Below, piece after piece: positions 18,367-28,943 of a DNA stretch of 64,000 nucleotides. This DNA is from Bacteroidota bacterium (GTDB lineage Bacteria > Bacteroidota > Bacteroidia > Flavobacteriales > Flavobacteriaceae), in NCBI GenBank assembly GCA_039819225.1, contig JBCBSN010000001.1, positions 1,969 to 65,968 of the forward strand, in the 5' to 3' direction. The notes below the pieces were generated by a model that was given only the letters and a program-made list of their open reading frames with translations, was not told the origin of the DNA and ran no database searches. Position numbers and translations under genes: made by a program. Within the stretch, counting starts at the first letter, position 1. Each line of letters opens with the position of its first letter.

Positions 18367-19986
18367 ATGAGGAGCAAACACCACTTTATGATCATACTGG
18401 CATTTTTGTCGATACTGGTATTTTACGGTTGTACGGACGATCTGGACGCTATTGATACCAATAACCTTAACTCGGAAAATGTTTTTGAGGATGAAGAGAG
18501 CTATATTCAATTTCTAGCAAAGTTATACGCCGGGTTGGACCAGACCGGGCAGCAGGCCCCGATAGGCCAACCGGATTTGATCGGATTTACCGAGGGAAGT
18601 TCCAGTTATATACGCCTGTGGTGGGCCTTGAACGAATTTCCCGCCGATGAACTGAAATGGCGTTTTAACGACCCCGGACTGCGGGCCATCGTTTTTCAGT
18701 CATGGACTTCGGGGAACGACTTTTTTAGTGTTATCTACAGTCGCATATTCTTTCAGATTTCCCAGACCAATGAGTTTCTGAGGCAAACGGCACCTGAGGT
18801 TTTGGACGGTAGGGGCGTATCCGAAAACTTGCGATCGCAAATAGACATCTATAGGGCGGAGGCACGGTTTCTAAGGGCCATGGCCTACTATCATACGTTG
18901 GAACTCTTTGGAGGTAACGTTCCCTTTGTCACCGAGGAGGACAGTCCCGGGGCCTTTTTTCCGGAACAGACCACCGGCGCCCAACTCTTTGCCTATGTGG
19001 AATCCGAACTTTTGGAAATTGAGGGCCAACTTGTAGCGGTAGGACAACATGAGTATGGCAGGGTGGACAAAGGTGCCGCGTGGACCCTTTTGGCAAAGCT
19101 TTACCTAAACGCGGAGGTGTTTATTGGGGAAGGCAGATATGGGGACTGCATTACATATTGCAATGAGGTCCTTAACGCCGGGTATGTCCTGGAACCGCAA
19201 TATGCCGATCTCTTTAAGGCGGACAACAACCGCTCCAACGAAATTATTTTTCCGGTAACCTTTGATGGCGTCAACTCAAGATCTTTTGGGGTAATGTATT
19301 CTTTGATAAATGGAACATTGGATAGCAATATCATACAAAGCGATCCGGAGGCCTTTGGGACAAATACGGGAGGTTTTGCCGCCCTTACCGCTAAGGAAAC
19401 CTTTGTAGATCTTTTTGAGTTTATGGGCGACGATCCGTTCAATGATAGTCCGGATGTCAGGGCATCCTTCTTTTTTAAGGACGGGCACTCCGTGGATATC
19501 CCTTCGGAACCCATTGGCAGTTCCTTTCAGGAGGGCTTTGGCTATACCAAATTTAGGAATATAAAACGGGACGGCACCCCTGGACAAAGTAGTGATTTCC
19601 CGGATGTGGATTTTCCCTTGTTCAGGTTGGCGGATGTGCATTTGATGTACGCGGAGGCCTTTTTACGGGGAGGTGGGGGATCCGAGTCCGAAGCCCTGGA
19701 CTTGATAAATGACCTTAGGGAAAGGGCCTATGGCGACACTTCCGGAAATGTGGCTACCTTGGATTTGGATTTTATTATTGACGAACGTGGCAGGGAGCTG
19801 GGTTGGGAAGGACACCGGAGGATGGATTTGGTAAGGTTTGGCCGCTTTACCGGGGGCGATTATCTATGGGATTGGAAAGGCGGTGCCCAGAACGGCACTT
19901 CGATTAGCGGGCATTTGCGAATCTTTCCCCTGCCTTCTTCCGATATTTCCGTAAACCCTAACTTGACCCAAAACCCAGGATATTAA
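18367..19986 (+). CDS. susD: SusD/RagB lipoprotein, starch-SusD-like
   Basis: Lipobox FYGC; EARFLRAMAYY; FRLADVHLMYAE; ERGRELGWEGHRRMDLVRFG; WDWKGG..NPNLTQNPGY, typical of alpha-glucan SusDs. Confidence 0.92.
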   Translation: MRSKHHFMIILAFLSILVFYGCTDDLDAIDTNNLNSENVFEDEESYIQFLAKLYAGLDQTGQQAPIGQPDLIGFTEGSSSYIRLWWALNEFPADELKWRFNDPGLRAIVFQSWTSGNDFFSVIYSRIFFQISQTNEFLRQTAPEVLDGRGVSENLRSQIDIYRAEARFLRAMAYYHTLELFGGNVPFVTEEDSPGAFFPEQTTGAQLFAYVESELLEIEGQLVAVGQHEYGRVDKGAAWTLLAKLYLNAEVFIGEGRYGDCITYCNEVLNAGYVLEPQYADLFKADNNRSNEIIFPVTFDGVNSRSFGVMYSLINGTLDSNIIQSDPEAFGTNTGGFAALTAKETFVDLFEFMGDDPFNDSPDVRASFFFKDGHSVDIPSEPIGSSFQEGFGYTKFRNIKRDGTPGQSSDFPDVDFPLFRLADVHLMYAEAFLRGGGGSESEALDLINDLRERAYGDTSGNVATLDLDFIIDERGRELGWEGHRRMDLVRFGRFTGGDYLWDWKGGAQNGTSISGHLRIFPLPSSDISVNPNLTQNPGY

Positions 19987-20012
19987 AACACGAATTACAT
20001 AGAATTATCATA

Positions 20013-20192
20013 GAACTCATTTAGACTTTTTGGAACAATGCGAAAATTAAGGATTTTGTGCCCTCTAGAAGGCTTTTTTGAGTTGCATTACCTGTCCCGC
20101 TCTGCGGGAGCAGGGCTACGGAAGGAAAAAAAGATAAAAAGCGGGTGCAAAAGAATCATTTTTTAGCTGTTCAAAAAAGTCTAAATGAGTTC
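20013..20192. repeat. MITE-like element: 25-bp inverted repeats around a Flavo-1-like core carrying a REP insertion
   Basis: gaactcatttagactttttggaaca (20013-20037) / tgttcaaaaaagtctaaatgagttc (20168-20192), 1 mismatch. Core aaggc...gcat[tacctgtcccgctctgcgggagcagg]gctacgg...aaaaaaag. Confidence 0.65.
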
Positions 20193-20276
20193 ATAAAACA
20201 AATACAGATGAAACGAGCATTAATAAACCCGCCTGAACCGAACGGGCCGGTTTTAGACATTTTTTCTCAAACTTGT

Positions 20277-20324
20277 GCCGAGCGTAGTCGAGGTAAGGTA
20301 ATGTTTATCCCGAATTCTCGGGAT
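20277..20324. repeat. Two Flavobacterial REP-type motifs
   Basis: gccgagcgtagtcgagg (20277-20293) and the palindrome atcccga-attc-tcgggat (20307-20324). Confidence 0.55.
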
Positions 20325-20404
20325 TAATGCGAGAGCGTAGCGGTTGCATAGGCTCTAAATTTTATAATTAACTTAAAATCAAATAATTATAAAGATTTAA
20401 ACGT

Positions 20405-21511
20405 ATGAAAAGGATATATATGAAAGCATTGGTGCTACTTACTGGATTACTGGCCGTTTCCTGTGACCAAGATGATGGAATAAACATTGTCTTGCAGCCC
20501 GATCCGGAAGGTATTGAGTTTACAAGTTCCTTGTCCTCCAACTACCTTTTGTCCTCCCTGGCCTCATCGAATATAGCGGAACGGTTGGTCTGGAACCCTA
20601 TAGATTTTGGAGCCCCTATAGAGGCTACTTTTAGGCTGGAGGCTTCAACGGACCAAGAATCCTTTTCGGAAATGGGCACAAGTTCCGAGAACAATATCGC
20701 CATTATAGCGGAGGATTTGTTGGAACTTGCCGCTGAGTTGGGCCTGGACGAGGACGCAGGCACAACGGACGGGGAAGGTAATCCCAATAACAAGGGAACG
20801 GTTTATCTCAGGGTAGTGGGCATTTCCGGTAGTAACAATGCCGCCAATGCGGAGCAAGTAGTTTCCGAAGTACTGGCCATGAATATAGAGCTTATTGAGT
20901 CCGGGGACGGTCCTCTGGATCCCATTGTTCTGGCCACTTTCGGCGTGGTTGGGGAACAGGTGAACAATTGGGGCGAAACCGCGGATTTGCCGCTGTACAG
21001 CAGGGATAGCGGAGTGCTTTTTGCAAGTGTGGACGTGCCGCCCAACAGTCCTTTTAATATTAGGGAAAACAACGATTGGGTTACTAGCTACGCTCCGGAC
21101 GGGGATACCGCGTTGCAATTAAATGCGTTCGGGGTCTCCTTTAGTGTTCCGGAAGATGGCCCGCATTTGGTACGGTTCGACTTGAATGACCTCACTTATG
21201 AAATCGAAAAAAGGGACTCCTGGGGCCTGGTGGGCGAAAACATCAACAACTGGGGCGAGGGCTTTGATATTAGATTGACAGAAGACCCCGATCAACCCGG
21301 ACTTTGGATAGCCTTAGGTGTGGAAGTGCCTGCGGGCCCGGCCAATTTTAGATTGAACAATGAATGGACCACCACTTTGGCACCCGTTGAGGGTTCGGAT
21401 TTTCTAGAGTTTAACGTGTTCGGGGCCTATGAACTGGAGGCCGGAATATATAATATTACCTTGGATATAAGGGATGAGGATGCGATAACCGGGGAATTGG
21501 AACTTCAATAA
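20405..21511 (+). CDS. SusE/SusF-like surface lipoprotein with tandem carbohydrate-binding domains
   Basis: Lipobox LAVSC; SusE-type N-domain; two repeats FGVVGEQVNNWG / WGLVGENINNWG, each followed by F.IR.NN.W. Confidence 0.85.
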   Translation: MKRIYMKALVLLTGLLAVSCDQDDGINIVLQPDPEGIEFTSSLSSNYLLSSLASSNIAERLVWNPIDFGAPIEATFRLEASTDQESFSEMGTSSENNIAIIAEDLLELAAELGLDEDAGTTDGEGNPNNKGTVYLRVVGISGSNNAANAEQVVSEVLAMNIELIESGDGPLDPIVLATFGVVGEQVNNWGETADLPLYSRDSGVLFASVDVPPNSPFNIRENNDWVTSYAPDGDTALQLNAFGVSFSVPEDGPHLVRFDLNDLTYEIEKRDSWGLVGENINNWGEGFDIRLTEDPDQPGLWIALGVEVPAGPANFRLNNEWTTTLAPVEGSDFLEFNVFGAYELEAGIYNITLDIRDEDAITGELELQ

Positions 21512-21574
21512 GTAGCCTATTTAGGACAAACAAATGATAGTAACGTTTTGAGTTAGTTAAATAGTTCTTGACCG

Positions 21575-21601
21575 ACCTGGCCTTAAAAAAAATGGCCAGG
21601 T
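21575..21601 (+). terminator. Rho-independent terminator after susCDE
   Basis: acctggcc / ggccaggt stem followed by a long T-tract. Confidence 0.75.
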
Positions 21602-21797
21602 TTTCTTTTTTTCTTTAAATTGAGAGGCCTCTATTATAAGGGCCTGTTTTGGAATGTATGATTTGCCCCCGAAACACCAGGCCATTTTATAGGCTATTTT
21701 CCCTGTTTGCCGGACAGGCGGGAAAAACGGTTCACATATTTAAAAACAGGTGCTAGGTAGGCGACCTGTTTCCAAAGATTTTCGACTAAAACCGTAG

Positions 21798-23663
21798 ATG
21801 CGTACAAGGAGTAATAAACCATTTAAGATAGCTCTAGGACTCCTGGGTGCTCTGGTGATCCTTGTGGGGTGCGCCACGGACCGCCCGGTAACCCTGGTTA
21901 TTGATGAATTACCGAAGTCTACCCCTGTTAATGCCCATCTCTATTGTAGTTCCAGCTTGAATTTCTGGGATCCGGATTCCGAAAAGTTCAAGTTTAAGAA
22001 AGGCGAGAATGGCCACTATTACTTGTCCTTAAAGGATTTTAATCTGGACGTGGTCTCCTATTTGATTACCAGGGGTAACTGGTCAACCGTGGAAAGTACG
22101 GGCAATGGAGCACCCATACACGTGCGCAAATTAACGGCATCCTATAGCAGGGGGGATACGTTATATGTGCAGGTAAGGGGTTGGAGCGACTTGGACTTGG
22201 ATCACACGGAGTTGAAGCATATGACCTTAAAGGTTTTGGAGCTTCCGGAAAATAGCCCACCGGGTTCTTCGCTTTTTGTTTCCGGGGATTTCAACGGATG
22301 GGTTCCCGGGGATGATCGTTACAAACTACGGGAAAAGTTGGATGGTACTTTTGAGGTTAAGATTCCGGTTAGGGGCGATGAGGTCCAGTATAAGTTTACG
22401 CGAGGCAACTGGCTTACATCGGAAAGTATGGCCTTTGGAAGGCCAAGCCCAAATAGAAAATTGGCCTATTCCCGCTTCTCCTCGTATAAAGGGGACAAAA
22501 TTGAGTACTGGTCCGATCAGTCCTTTGGCCTCTTCAATCCGTACGGGCTGTTTCTATTGCTAACGGCATTTTTGGGCATCTTTCTCATTTTGATCATCAT
22601 GTCCTTAAAGAATACTAACAGGAGGGCAAACATTTACCTAAGTGTACTAATAGTACTGATCTCCATTTCATTGGGCGCCAGGATTTTGGTCTATGACCGG
22701 GATATTTTCTATTACTTCCCTAGATTGGAGATTCTTCCGGACATTGTGTACTTCCTCTACGCCCCCATTTTTTTTATTTACATTGGTAAATTGCTGTATA
22801 AGGATTCCCGAACTTATTCCCTTAAAAGGAATTGGTGGTTTTTTGTACCTTTTTTTTTGCAACTAGTACTGTACCTGAAATTTTTTCTGGAGCCCACACA
22901 TACTTTTATAGACCGGGCGGTAATCCAAGTGGTACACCCTACCATTTATGTGGTGGTCGCCGCTTTTGCATTGCTCTTCAACAGTTATTTCTGGGTAAGG
23001 TGCAAGGATATGATAGGCAAATATCTTTTGGCCATAGAGGATTCTTTTTCAGAGGATCAGAACTTGGTCTATCTCAAAAAAGTGATGGCCATAAAGCTTT
23101 TGTGCCTTATATTCTGGGCCCTTGCCTTTTTGGTCGGGGGCATGGGATATTTCTTTGGTTGGGATACCAACCGGATGACGCATACCATAATTGATGTATC
23201 CTGGGCCATATTCTCCTTAAATGTCTTTGTACTGGGTTATTTTTCCATTAGCCAACCGGAAATCTTTAAGGTGGCCGATCGGGAAGAGCCGCCAGAGCCG
23301 TCCAGTTCAAGCATGGACTCCCAGGAGCTTAAGGAGATTTGCGGTACTTTGGAAAAATGCATGAAGGAAGATCGGCTGTATTTGGATCCCCAGTTGAGTC
23401 TTCCCGATCTGTCCGGAAAACTGGGTTTTGGCGTACATGTAATTTCCCGGGCCATCAATGAGGGGTTTCAAAAAAACTTTAGGGACTTTGTAAACTCCTA
23501 TCGGATTGAGGAGTTTATTGTCCGGGCCAAGGACGAAAACTACAAAAACCAAACTTTTTTGGGCATTGCGCTGGATGTAGGCTTCAATTCCAAGTCGTCG
23601 TTTAACCGCTCTTTCCGCAAATATACGGGACAGACCCCTAGGGAGTATTTTAAGAACGACTAA
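21798..23663 (+). CDS. Transmembrane AraC-family regulator with two N-terminal CBM20/CBM48-like domains
   Basis: Two repeats (ELP..P....L..S...N.W.P...Y....RGNW...E); about 6-7 TM helices; C-terminal AraC HTH (LYLDPQLSL, FRDFVNSYRIEE, IALDVGFNSKSSFNRSFRKYTGQTP). Confidence 0.85.
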   Translation: MRTRSNKPFKIALGLLGALVILVGCATDRPVTLVIDELPKSTPVNAHLYCSSSLNFWDPDSEKFKFKKGENGHYYLSLKDFNLDVVSYLITRGNWSTVESTGNGAPIHVRKLTASYSRGDTLYVQVRGWSDLDLDHTELKHMTLKVLELPENSPPGSSLFVSGDFNGWVPGDDRYKLREKLDGTFEVKIPVRGDEVQYKFTRGNWLTSESMAFGRPSPNRKLAYSRFSSYKGDKIEYWSDQSFGLFNPYGLFLLLTAFLGIFLILIIMSLKNTNRRANIYLSVLIVLISISLGARILVYDRDIFYYFPRLEILPDIVYFLYAPIFFIYIGKLLYKDSRTYSLKRNWWFFVPFFLQLVLYLKFFLEPTHTFIDRAVIQVVHPTIYVVVAAFALLFNSYFWVRCKDMIGKYLLAIEDSFSEDQNLVYLKKVMAIKLLCLIFWALAFLVGGMGYFFGWDTNRMTHTIIDVSWAIFSLNVFVLGYFSISQPEIFKVADREEPPEPSSSSMDSQELKEICGTLEKCMKEDRLYLDPQLSLPDLSGKLGFGVHVISRAINEGFQKNFRDFVNSYRIEEFIVRAKDENYKNQTFLGIALDVGFNSKSSFNRSFRKYTGQTPREYFKND

Positions 23664-23835
23664 AAGAAGGTTGCTATCCGGAGCACAAAATGCTCCTTTC
23701 CCTGCAAGGGGAAGGAACAGGTGCCAACGGCATTTGATGTAAAAACTTTGTAAGGCAAAAAAAGGTCATATTATAATCTGAACCGATTGCTCCGGAATAC
23801 TTTGATAGCTTTAGCCATGGATTTTTTAAGCAAAA

Positions 23836-25797
23836 ATGGATTTTGAAATGCCGTATTGCAAAGTAAGACCCGGAAGCACATCTGTAGCATTGCTTCTTGG
23901 GGCCATGTTTTTGGCAATTATGGCATGCAGACCAGAGATTCCAAAGGAAACGCCAATGGATGACTCCGCCAGGTTGGGGCAAGTGCCCCAATGGAGCAAG
24001 GAGACCATTTGGTATCAAATCTATGTGGAACGTTTTCGCAACGGGGACCCGACCAACGATCCAAGACCGGAGGACATCGTGGAGGGATATCCCGGTTTTG
24101 TGCCCAAAAGTTGGGCCATTACCCCTTGGGGGCACGATTGGTATAAGGAGGATCCCTATTTTGAGGAAGCCCGGGGCAAGCTGGACTTGGCCGGGGACAA
24201 GATGGGGCACTTCAATCAAATGTCCCGCTTACGAAGATATGGTGGCGATTTACAGGGAGTGCTGGACAAGGTGGATTATCTGGACTCCCTGGGCATCAAT
24301 GCCGTTTATTTTAATCCCTTGAACGATGCCCCTACGGATCATAAATTCGATGCCCGCAACTGGCGGCACATAGACCGTAACTTTGGGCCGGACCCGGAAG
24401 GGGATATTCGCCTTATGGCAAAGGAAACACCGGATGATCCAACCACTTGGGTTATGACCGGCGCGGACTCCCTGTTCCTAAAAGTGGTGGATAAGTTGCA
24501 TAAAAAGGGCATCAGGGTAATCATGGACTACTCATGGAACCATACCGGCGTAAGTTTCTGGGCCTGGAAGGATCTGGTAAGGAACCAGCAGGAATCCAAA
24601 TACAAGGATTGGTATTGGGTAGAACAGTTTGATGACCCAAATACTACTGAGAACGAGTTTGAATACCACGGATGGTTCGGGGTAAAGGACCTGGTACAGA
24701 TCAAGGAAACGGAATATGTGGAACATAAAGGGGGATCCTACATTTTTGACGGGAATCTGGCCAGCGGAACGGTAAAGCAACACATGTTCAATGTAGCCAA
24801 GAAATGGCTGGATCCCAATGGGGACGGGAACCCTTCGGATGGGATAGATGGGTTTCGGTTGGACGTATGTGCGGAACTGCCCTTGGGCTTTTGGAGGGAG
24901 TTTAGAAAGGCGGTCCGCGGAGTAAACCCTGAGGCCTATCTGGTAGGGGAGACCTGGTTTGAGGTATATCCCAACAGCATGATGGATCCCGAGCCCATGC
25001 TCCGGGGCGATGTTTTTGATGCGGTCATGAACTACCGTTGGTTCAAGGCGGCAAGGGAACTGGTCACCGGGCAGATTGGATCCCGGGCCTTCGCGGATTC
25101 CATAGCGCGTATTACGGATAATTTGGCATTGGATCACAATTTTGCCATGATGAACGTGGCGGCCAGCCATGATACGCCCAGGCTCACGACCTCGTTGTAC
25201 AATAGGGATGCCAGGTACAAATATCAGGTGTCCCCCACGGAGGAAGTAGACTATAAGATAGACAGCCCCGATGCTGAGGCCTTGCAAAGCACAAAATTGT
25301 TTTTGGCCCACCAGTTTACCTATGTGGGCGCACCCCAGATTTGGGCCGGGGACGAAATGGGCATGTGGGGTGCCGATATGGGGGATACGCGCAAACCCCT
25401 CATTTGGCCGGACTATGATTTTGAACCGGAGTCGGTTCATCCCGTTGGGCGAAAAAGAGAACCGGACCCAGTGGTCTTTAACCAAGAGCTGTTCCAATAT
25501 TATCGCAAACTTATCGCTTTGCGAAAAGCGCATCCCGTTTTAAATACCGGAAGAATACAGTTCTTGGAGCTGGATGGGATGCCGGATGTAGTGGCTTACA
25601 AAAGGTTTTTGGACGATGAGGCCATACTGGTTATCCTGAACCTCGCCACGGAACCTAGGAGCGTTCCCATGGAATCCCAATTTAGGGGAAAGGATTATTT
25701 GGGCAACGCCAAGATGGTTAAAAAGGAGGACAGGAAGATAGCCCAACTACCTGCGAGATCTGCGGCCCTGTTCTCAAATCAATATTTAGATAAATGA
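23836..25797 (+). CDS. GH13 alpha-amylase/cyclomaltodextrinase-neopullulanase-type lipoprotein
   Basis: WYQIYVERFRNGD, YGGDLQGV, DYSWNH; catalytic triad DGFRLDV, LVGETW, ASHD; lipobox AIMAC. Confidence 0.92.
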   Translation: MDFEMPYCKVRPGSTSVALLLGAMFLAIMACRPEIPKETPMDDSARLGQVPQWSKETIWYQIYVERFRNGDPTNDPRPEDIVEGYPGFVPKSWAITPWGHDWYKEDPYFEEARGKLDLAGDKMGHFNQMSRLRRYGGDLQGVLDKVDYLDSLGINAVYFNPLNDAPTDHKFDARNWRHIDRNFGPDPEGDIRLMAKETPDDPTTWVMTGADSLFLKVVDKLHKKGIRVIMDYSWNHTGVSFWAWKDLVRNQQESKYKDWYWVEQFDDPNTTENEFEYHGWFGVKDLVQIKETEYVEHKGGSYIFDGNLASGTVKQHMFNVAKKWLDPNGDGNPSDGIDGFRLDVCAELPLGFWREFRKAVRGVNPEAYLVGETWFEVYPNSMMDPEPMLRGDVFDAVMNYRWFKAARELVTGQIGSRAFADSIARITDNLALDHNFAMMNVAASHDTPRLTTSLYNRDARYKYQVSPTEEVDYKIDSPDAEALQSTKLFLAHQFTYVGAPQIWAGDEMGMWGADMGDTRKPLIWPDYDFEPESVHPVGRKREPDPVVFNQELFQYYRKLIALRKAHPVLNTGRIQFLELDGMPDVVAYKRFLDDEAILVILNLATEPRSVPMESQFRGKDYLGNAKMVKKEDRKIAQLPARSAALFSNQYLDK

Positions 25798-26750
25798 TGT
25801 TAAGGAAAATTGCCCCTTTACTTGCCCTGGGCCTATGGTATGCTGGGGCACAAAGTCAGCAAGAGGCTTGGTCGCCAAAGGATCGCAATTGGTATATCGA
25901 GATGCTGTTCCCGGAAGGGAAGACCAAGGCCTTGGTACTCAGTTTTGACGATGGCCCTGTTGAGGATAGGAAAATGGTGGAATTATTGAACAAGTACGAC
26001 CTTAAGGGGACTTTTCATCTAAATTCGGGAAGATTGGGAAAGGAGAGCGTAATCGCCCCGGAAGAGGTAATGACCCTGTACAAAGGGCATGAGGTCTCCG
26101 TGCACAGTTACAATCACCTGGGAATGAACAACGTGCCCAATATTGATATGTTCTATGAAGTAGGGGAGGACCGTAGAACCCTGGAACAGTTATCCGGACA
26201 GTTGGTGCGGGGAATGGCCTATCCGTTCGGCACCCATGATCCAAGAACTTTCACCACCTTACGGGATTTAGGTATAGAATATGCCCGCACTGTTGAAGAT
26301 ACTTTTGGTTTTGGCATCCCCGATGATTTTATGTTGTGGCACCCAACCGTCCATTTGTTTGCAAAGGCGGGATATATGGGAAATCCTCCAGAAAAAGATG
26401 AAGAGGAATTCAAAAGATTTGATGCCCTCACTAAGGATTTTTTACAAAGGCAAGAGGTATCCCTGTATTATGTTTGGGGGCATAGTTGGGAGTACAAGGA
26501 TAAGTGGAGCAGGGTAGAGGCCTTTTTTAAAGAAGTGGCCCGTAAAAAGGATATCTTTTATACCACCCATATTACCTTGGTAGATTATATAAAGGCCTAT
26601 CGGCAGCTTAAAATCTCGGTGGATAAGACTCGCTTCCTGAACAAAAGTGCCACGGAAGTCTTTCTTAGGGCAACCAATTATTCGGATGTAGATCATCCTA
26701 TTGTGAAGAAGATACGGATTCCGGCGGGGGAAAGTGTAGCCTTGGATTGA
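25794..26750 (+). CDS. Polysaccharide deacetylase (CE4/NodB family)
   Basis: LSFDDG, HSYNH metal motif, AYPFG; signal peptide; ATGA overlap with the GH13 stop. Confidence 0.88.
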   Translation: MMLRKIAPLLALGLWYAGAQSQQEAWSPKDRNWYIEMLFPEGKTKALVLSFDDGPVEDRKMVELLNKYDLKGTFHLNSGRLGKESVIAPEEVMTLYKGHEVSVHSYNHLGMNNVPNIDMFYEVGEDRRTLEQLSGQLVRGMAYPFGTHDPRTFTTLRDLGIEYARTVEDTFGFGIPDDFMLWHPTVHLFAKAGYMGNPPEKDEEEFKRFDALTKDFLQRQEVSLYYVWGHSWEYKDKWSRVEAFFKEVARKKDIFYTTHITLVDYIKAYRQLKISVDKTRFLNKSATEVFLRATNYSDVDHPIVKKIRIPAGESVALD

Positions 26751-26843
26751 TGGATATGTCCAGGTTTACGGAGAGAGGATAAACAATAATCATAGTATTC
26801 CGATGGATTATATAGGGTATAATAAAAATTTACAAAGCATTAA

Positions 26844-28934
26844 ATGATAACCACGATAAGGACATGTATATCCGCTTTGGCCCTAATATTGGTCTTTTTG
26901 GCCTGCAAGAACCAGCGGGAAAGTTCACAGGGAAAGGACTTTACGTCCAAGGTGGATGCCAATACGGCGGCCAGACAATCTTTCCAATACGCTTTTTTTG
27001 ATAGGGAAAAGAGCCCCATACCCCATCGTTTTCAGATATTACCTGCGGGTGAAGTGGTTCCCAGGGGCTGGTTGCTAAATCTTATGGAGCAGGACCTAGA
27101 ATCCGGTTTTGTTGGGGAACTGGACAATTTGGCCCCGGACATTATGAAAGGGGACGATCTTTTTAATACCACCCGAAGAAAAGATCCCAAGGCTATTCCG
27201 GATGTGGGCGACCAGGTACTCACCGGTGCGGACTGGGAGATTTCCATGCAGTGGTGGTCCGGGGAGAGCTTGGGCGTATGGTGGGACGGTTATGTGCGTA
27301 CGGCCTATCTCACGGATAACGAAGCGGCCAAAAAAAAGAGCCGGGAAATCGTGGCATATTTAATGACTACCATGGACAGTGACGGCTACTTTGGCATCTA
27401 TGGCCCCAACCTGCGCTATCAACATAGCGGATCCAATGGGGAATTATGGACAAAGACCACAGTGCTTCGGATGCTGATCGGGTATTATGAACATACCAAA
27501 GACCAGAAGGTTCTGGATTTTGTGGAGAAAGTCATGGCCGAGACCATGGATAATTATAATAAGGGCGCAAAGAGTCCTTTTAACGTAAAGGTGGATTATG
27601 GTGGCGTAACGCATGGCCTCATGATGACGGACGTCTGTGAAATGTTATATCGAATAACGGGCCATAAGAAGTACGATGACTATGCCGTATTTCTGTATGA
27701 GGATTTTTCCGAGTACCCCATAAACCGGGCGTTCAATGATGCTTGTTATGGCTATCTTATGGAAAAGGACTCCCTTTTTGAGAGCCACTCTGCCCATACC
27801 TATGAGCATTTACGCTCGGTACTACAGACCTATTATGCCACAGGCTACCCAGAAATGAAGGAGGCCTATGAAAGTGCCATGAACAAACTATCCTATTGTA
27901 TACTGCCCAGTGGCGCTGGCTTTGGCAATGAATGGTTGGACAAACAAAAAGCTAAACCAAGTACCACGGGCGCCGAGGTTTGTGGTATGAACGAGTTGAA
28001 GGATTTTTTCTTGTCCGCCCTTCAAAAAACAGGGGATGCCTCTTTCGGCGATGCCGCCGAGAAAATCACTTTTAACGCCCTCCTGGGCGCAAGGAACAAG
28101 AACGGTTCGGGCATAACGTATTGTAAAACGGACAACTGCCATATCCTGGACCGAAAGGCGCCCCAATACAATTTTGAAGAGGATGACCCGCGTTACAAGT
28201 ACTCGCCCACCCATGCGGATGCCGCCGTTTGTTGCAACCCTAGCTATGCCAGGTATTTTCCGTACTACGTGGGTAGTATGTGGATGAAAACCCAGGACGG
28301 TCTAGCCGCGGTGCTGTATGGGCCGTCGGAAGTGAAGACCTCCATTGGGGAAACGGAGGTCGCCATCCAACAAATTACCGATTATCCCTTAAAGGATGAG
28401 ATCCAATTTAAAATATCCGTTTCCGGGGCAAGGGAGTTCCCGCTCTATTTTAGGAAGCCGCAATGGACCAAGTCCATTAGCTTTCAGGGAGGGGATGCCG
28501 TTTTTGAGGATGGGTACTATAAAATTTCCAGGATATGGGAGGACGGGGATGTTGTAAAGCTTACGTTCAATAACGATATCCAAATAAAGGAGTACCACAA
28601 TGGCGAAGTGTATGCCCAAAAGGGAGCTTTGGTCTATGGATATGATATTCCTCATAAAACGGAATCCGTAAAGGAGTATCCGGTAAATGGATTTCAGGAT
28701 TATTATGTCTTCCCTACTACGGAAAGCCATAAAAACCTGGGCATACCCGTATCCGAACATCGGGAGGCCAATTTTCAGTTCGTTCAAGGCAATGCCGGGT
28801 GGGTTTCCTGGTATGATAACAATATACATCTGGCAGGTGAGATCCAGGACGCCAAGACGGGCCAGAGGAAAAAGGTAAAATTGGTTCCCATGGGCAAGAC
28901 CGTCCTTCGGAGAATCACTTTTCCCGTCAATTAA
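26844..28934 (+). CDS. GH127/GH146-like (beta-L-arabinofuranosidase-domain) cysteine glycosidase #1
   Basis: Lipobox FLAC; Zn/nucleophile motifs GAEVCG and AVCCNPS; TDYPLKDEI and KGALVY C-terminal sandwich motifs. Confidence 0.82.
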   Translation: MITTIRTCISALALILVFLACKNQRESSQGKDFTSKVDANTAARQSFQYAFFDREKSPIPHRFQILPAGEVVPRGWLLNLMEQDLESGFVGELDNLAPDIMKGDDLFNTTRRKDPKAIPDVGDQVLTGADWEISMQWWSGESLGVWWDGYVRTAYLTDNEAAKKKSREIVAYLMTTMDSDGYFGIYGPNLRYQHSGSNGELWTKTTVLRMLIGYYEHTKDQKVLDFVEKVMAETMDNYNKGAKSPFNVKVDYGGVTHGLMMTDVCEMLYRITGHKKYDDYAVFLYEDFSEYPINRAFNDACYGYLMEKDSLFESHSAHTYEHLRSVLQTYYATGYPEMKEAYESAMNKLSYCILPSGAGFGNEWLDKQKAKPSTTGAEVCGMNELKDFFLSALQKTGDASFGDAAEKITFNALLGARNKNGSGITYCKTDNCHILDRKAPQYNFEEDDPRYKYSPTHADAAVCCNPSYARYFPYYVGSMWMKTQDGLAAVLYGPSEVKTSIGETEVAIQQITDYPLKDEIQFKISVSGAREFPLYFRKPQWTKSISFQGGDAVFEDGYYKISRIWEDGDVVKLTFNNDIQIKEYHNGEVYAQKGALVYGYDIPHKTESVKEYPVNGFQDYYVFPTTESHKNLGIPVSEHREANFQFVQGNAGWVSWYDNNIHLAGEIQDAKTGQRKKVKLVPMGKTVLRRITFPVN

Positions 28935-28943
28935 AAAGTAGAA

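Noticed and set aside
23674-24219. 181-aa minus-strand ORF
   Set aside because: Mostly antisense to the GH13 start; no recognisable domain.
24532-25533. 333-aa minus-strand ORF
   Set aside because: Lies wholly antisense to the well-supported GH13 and has no motifs; a shadow ORF.
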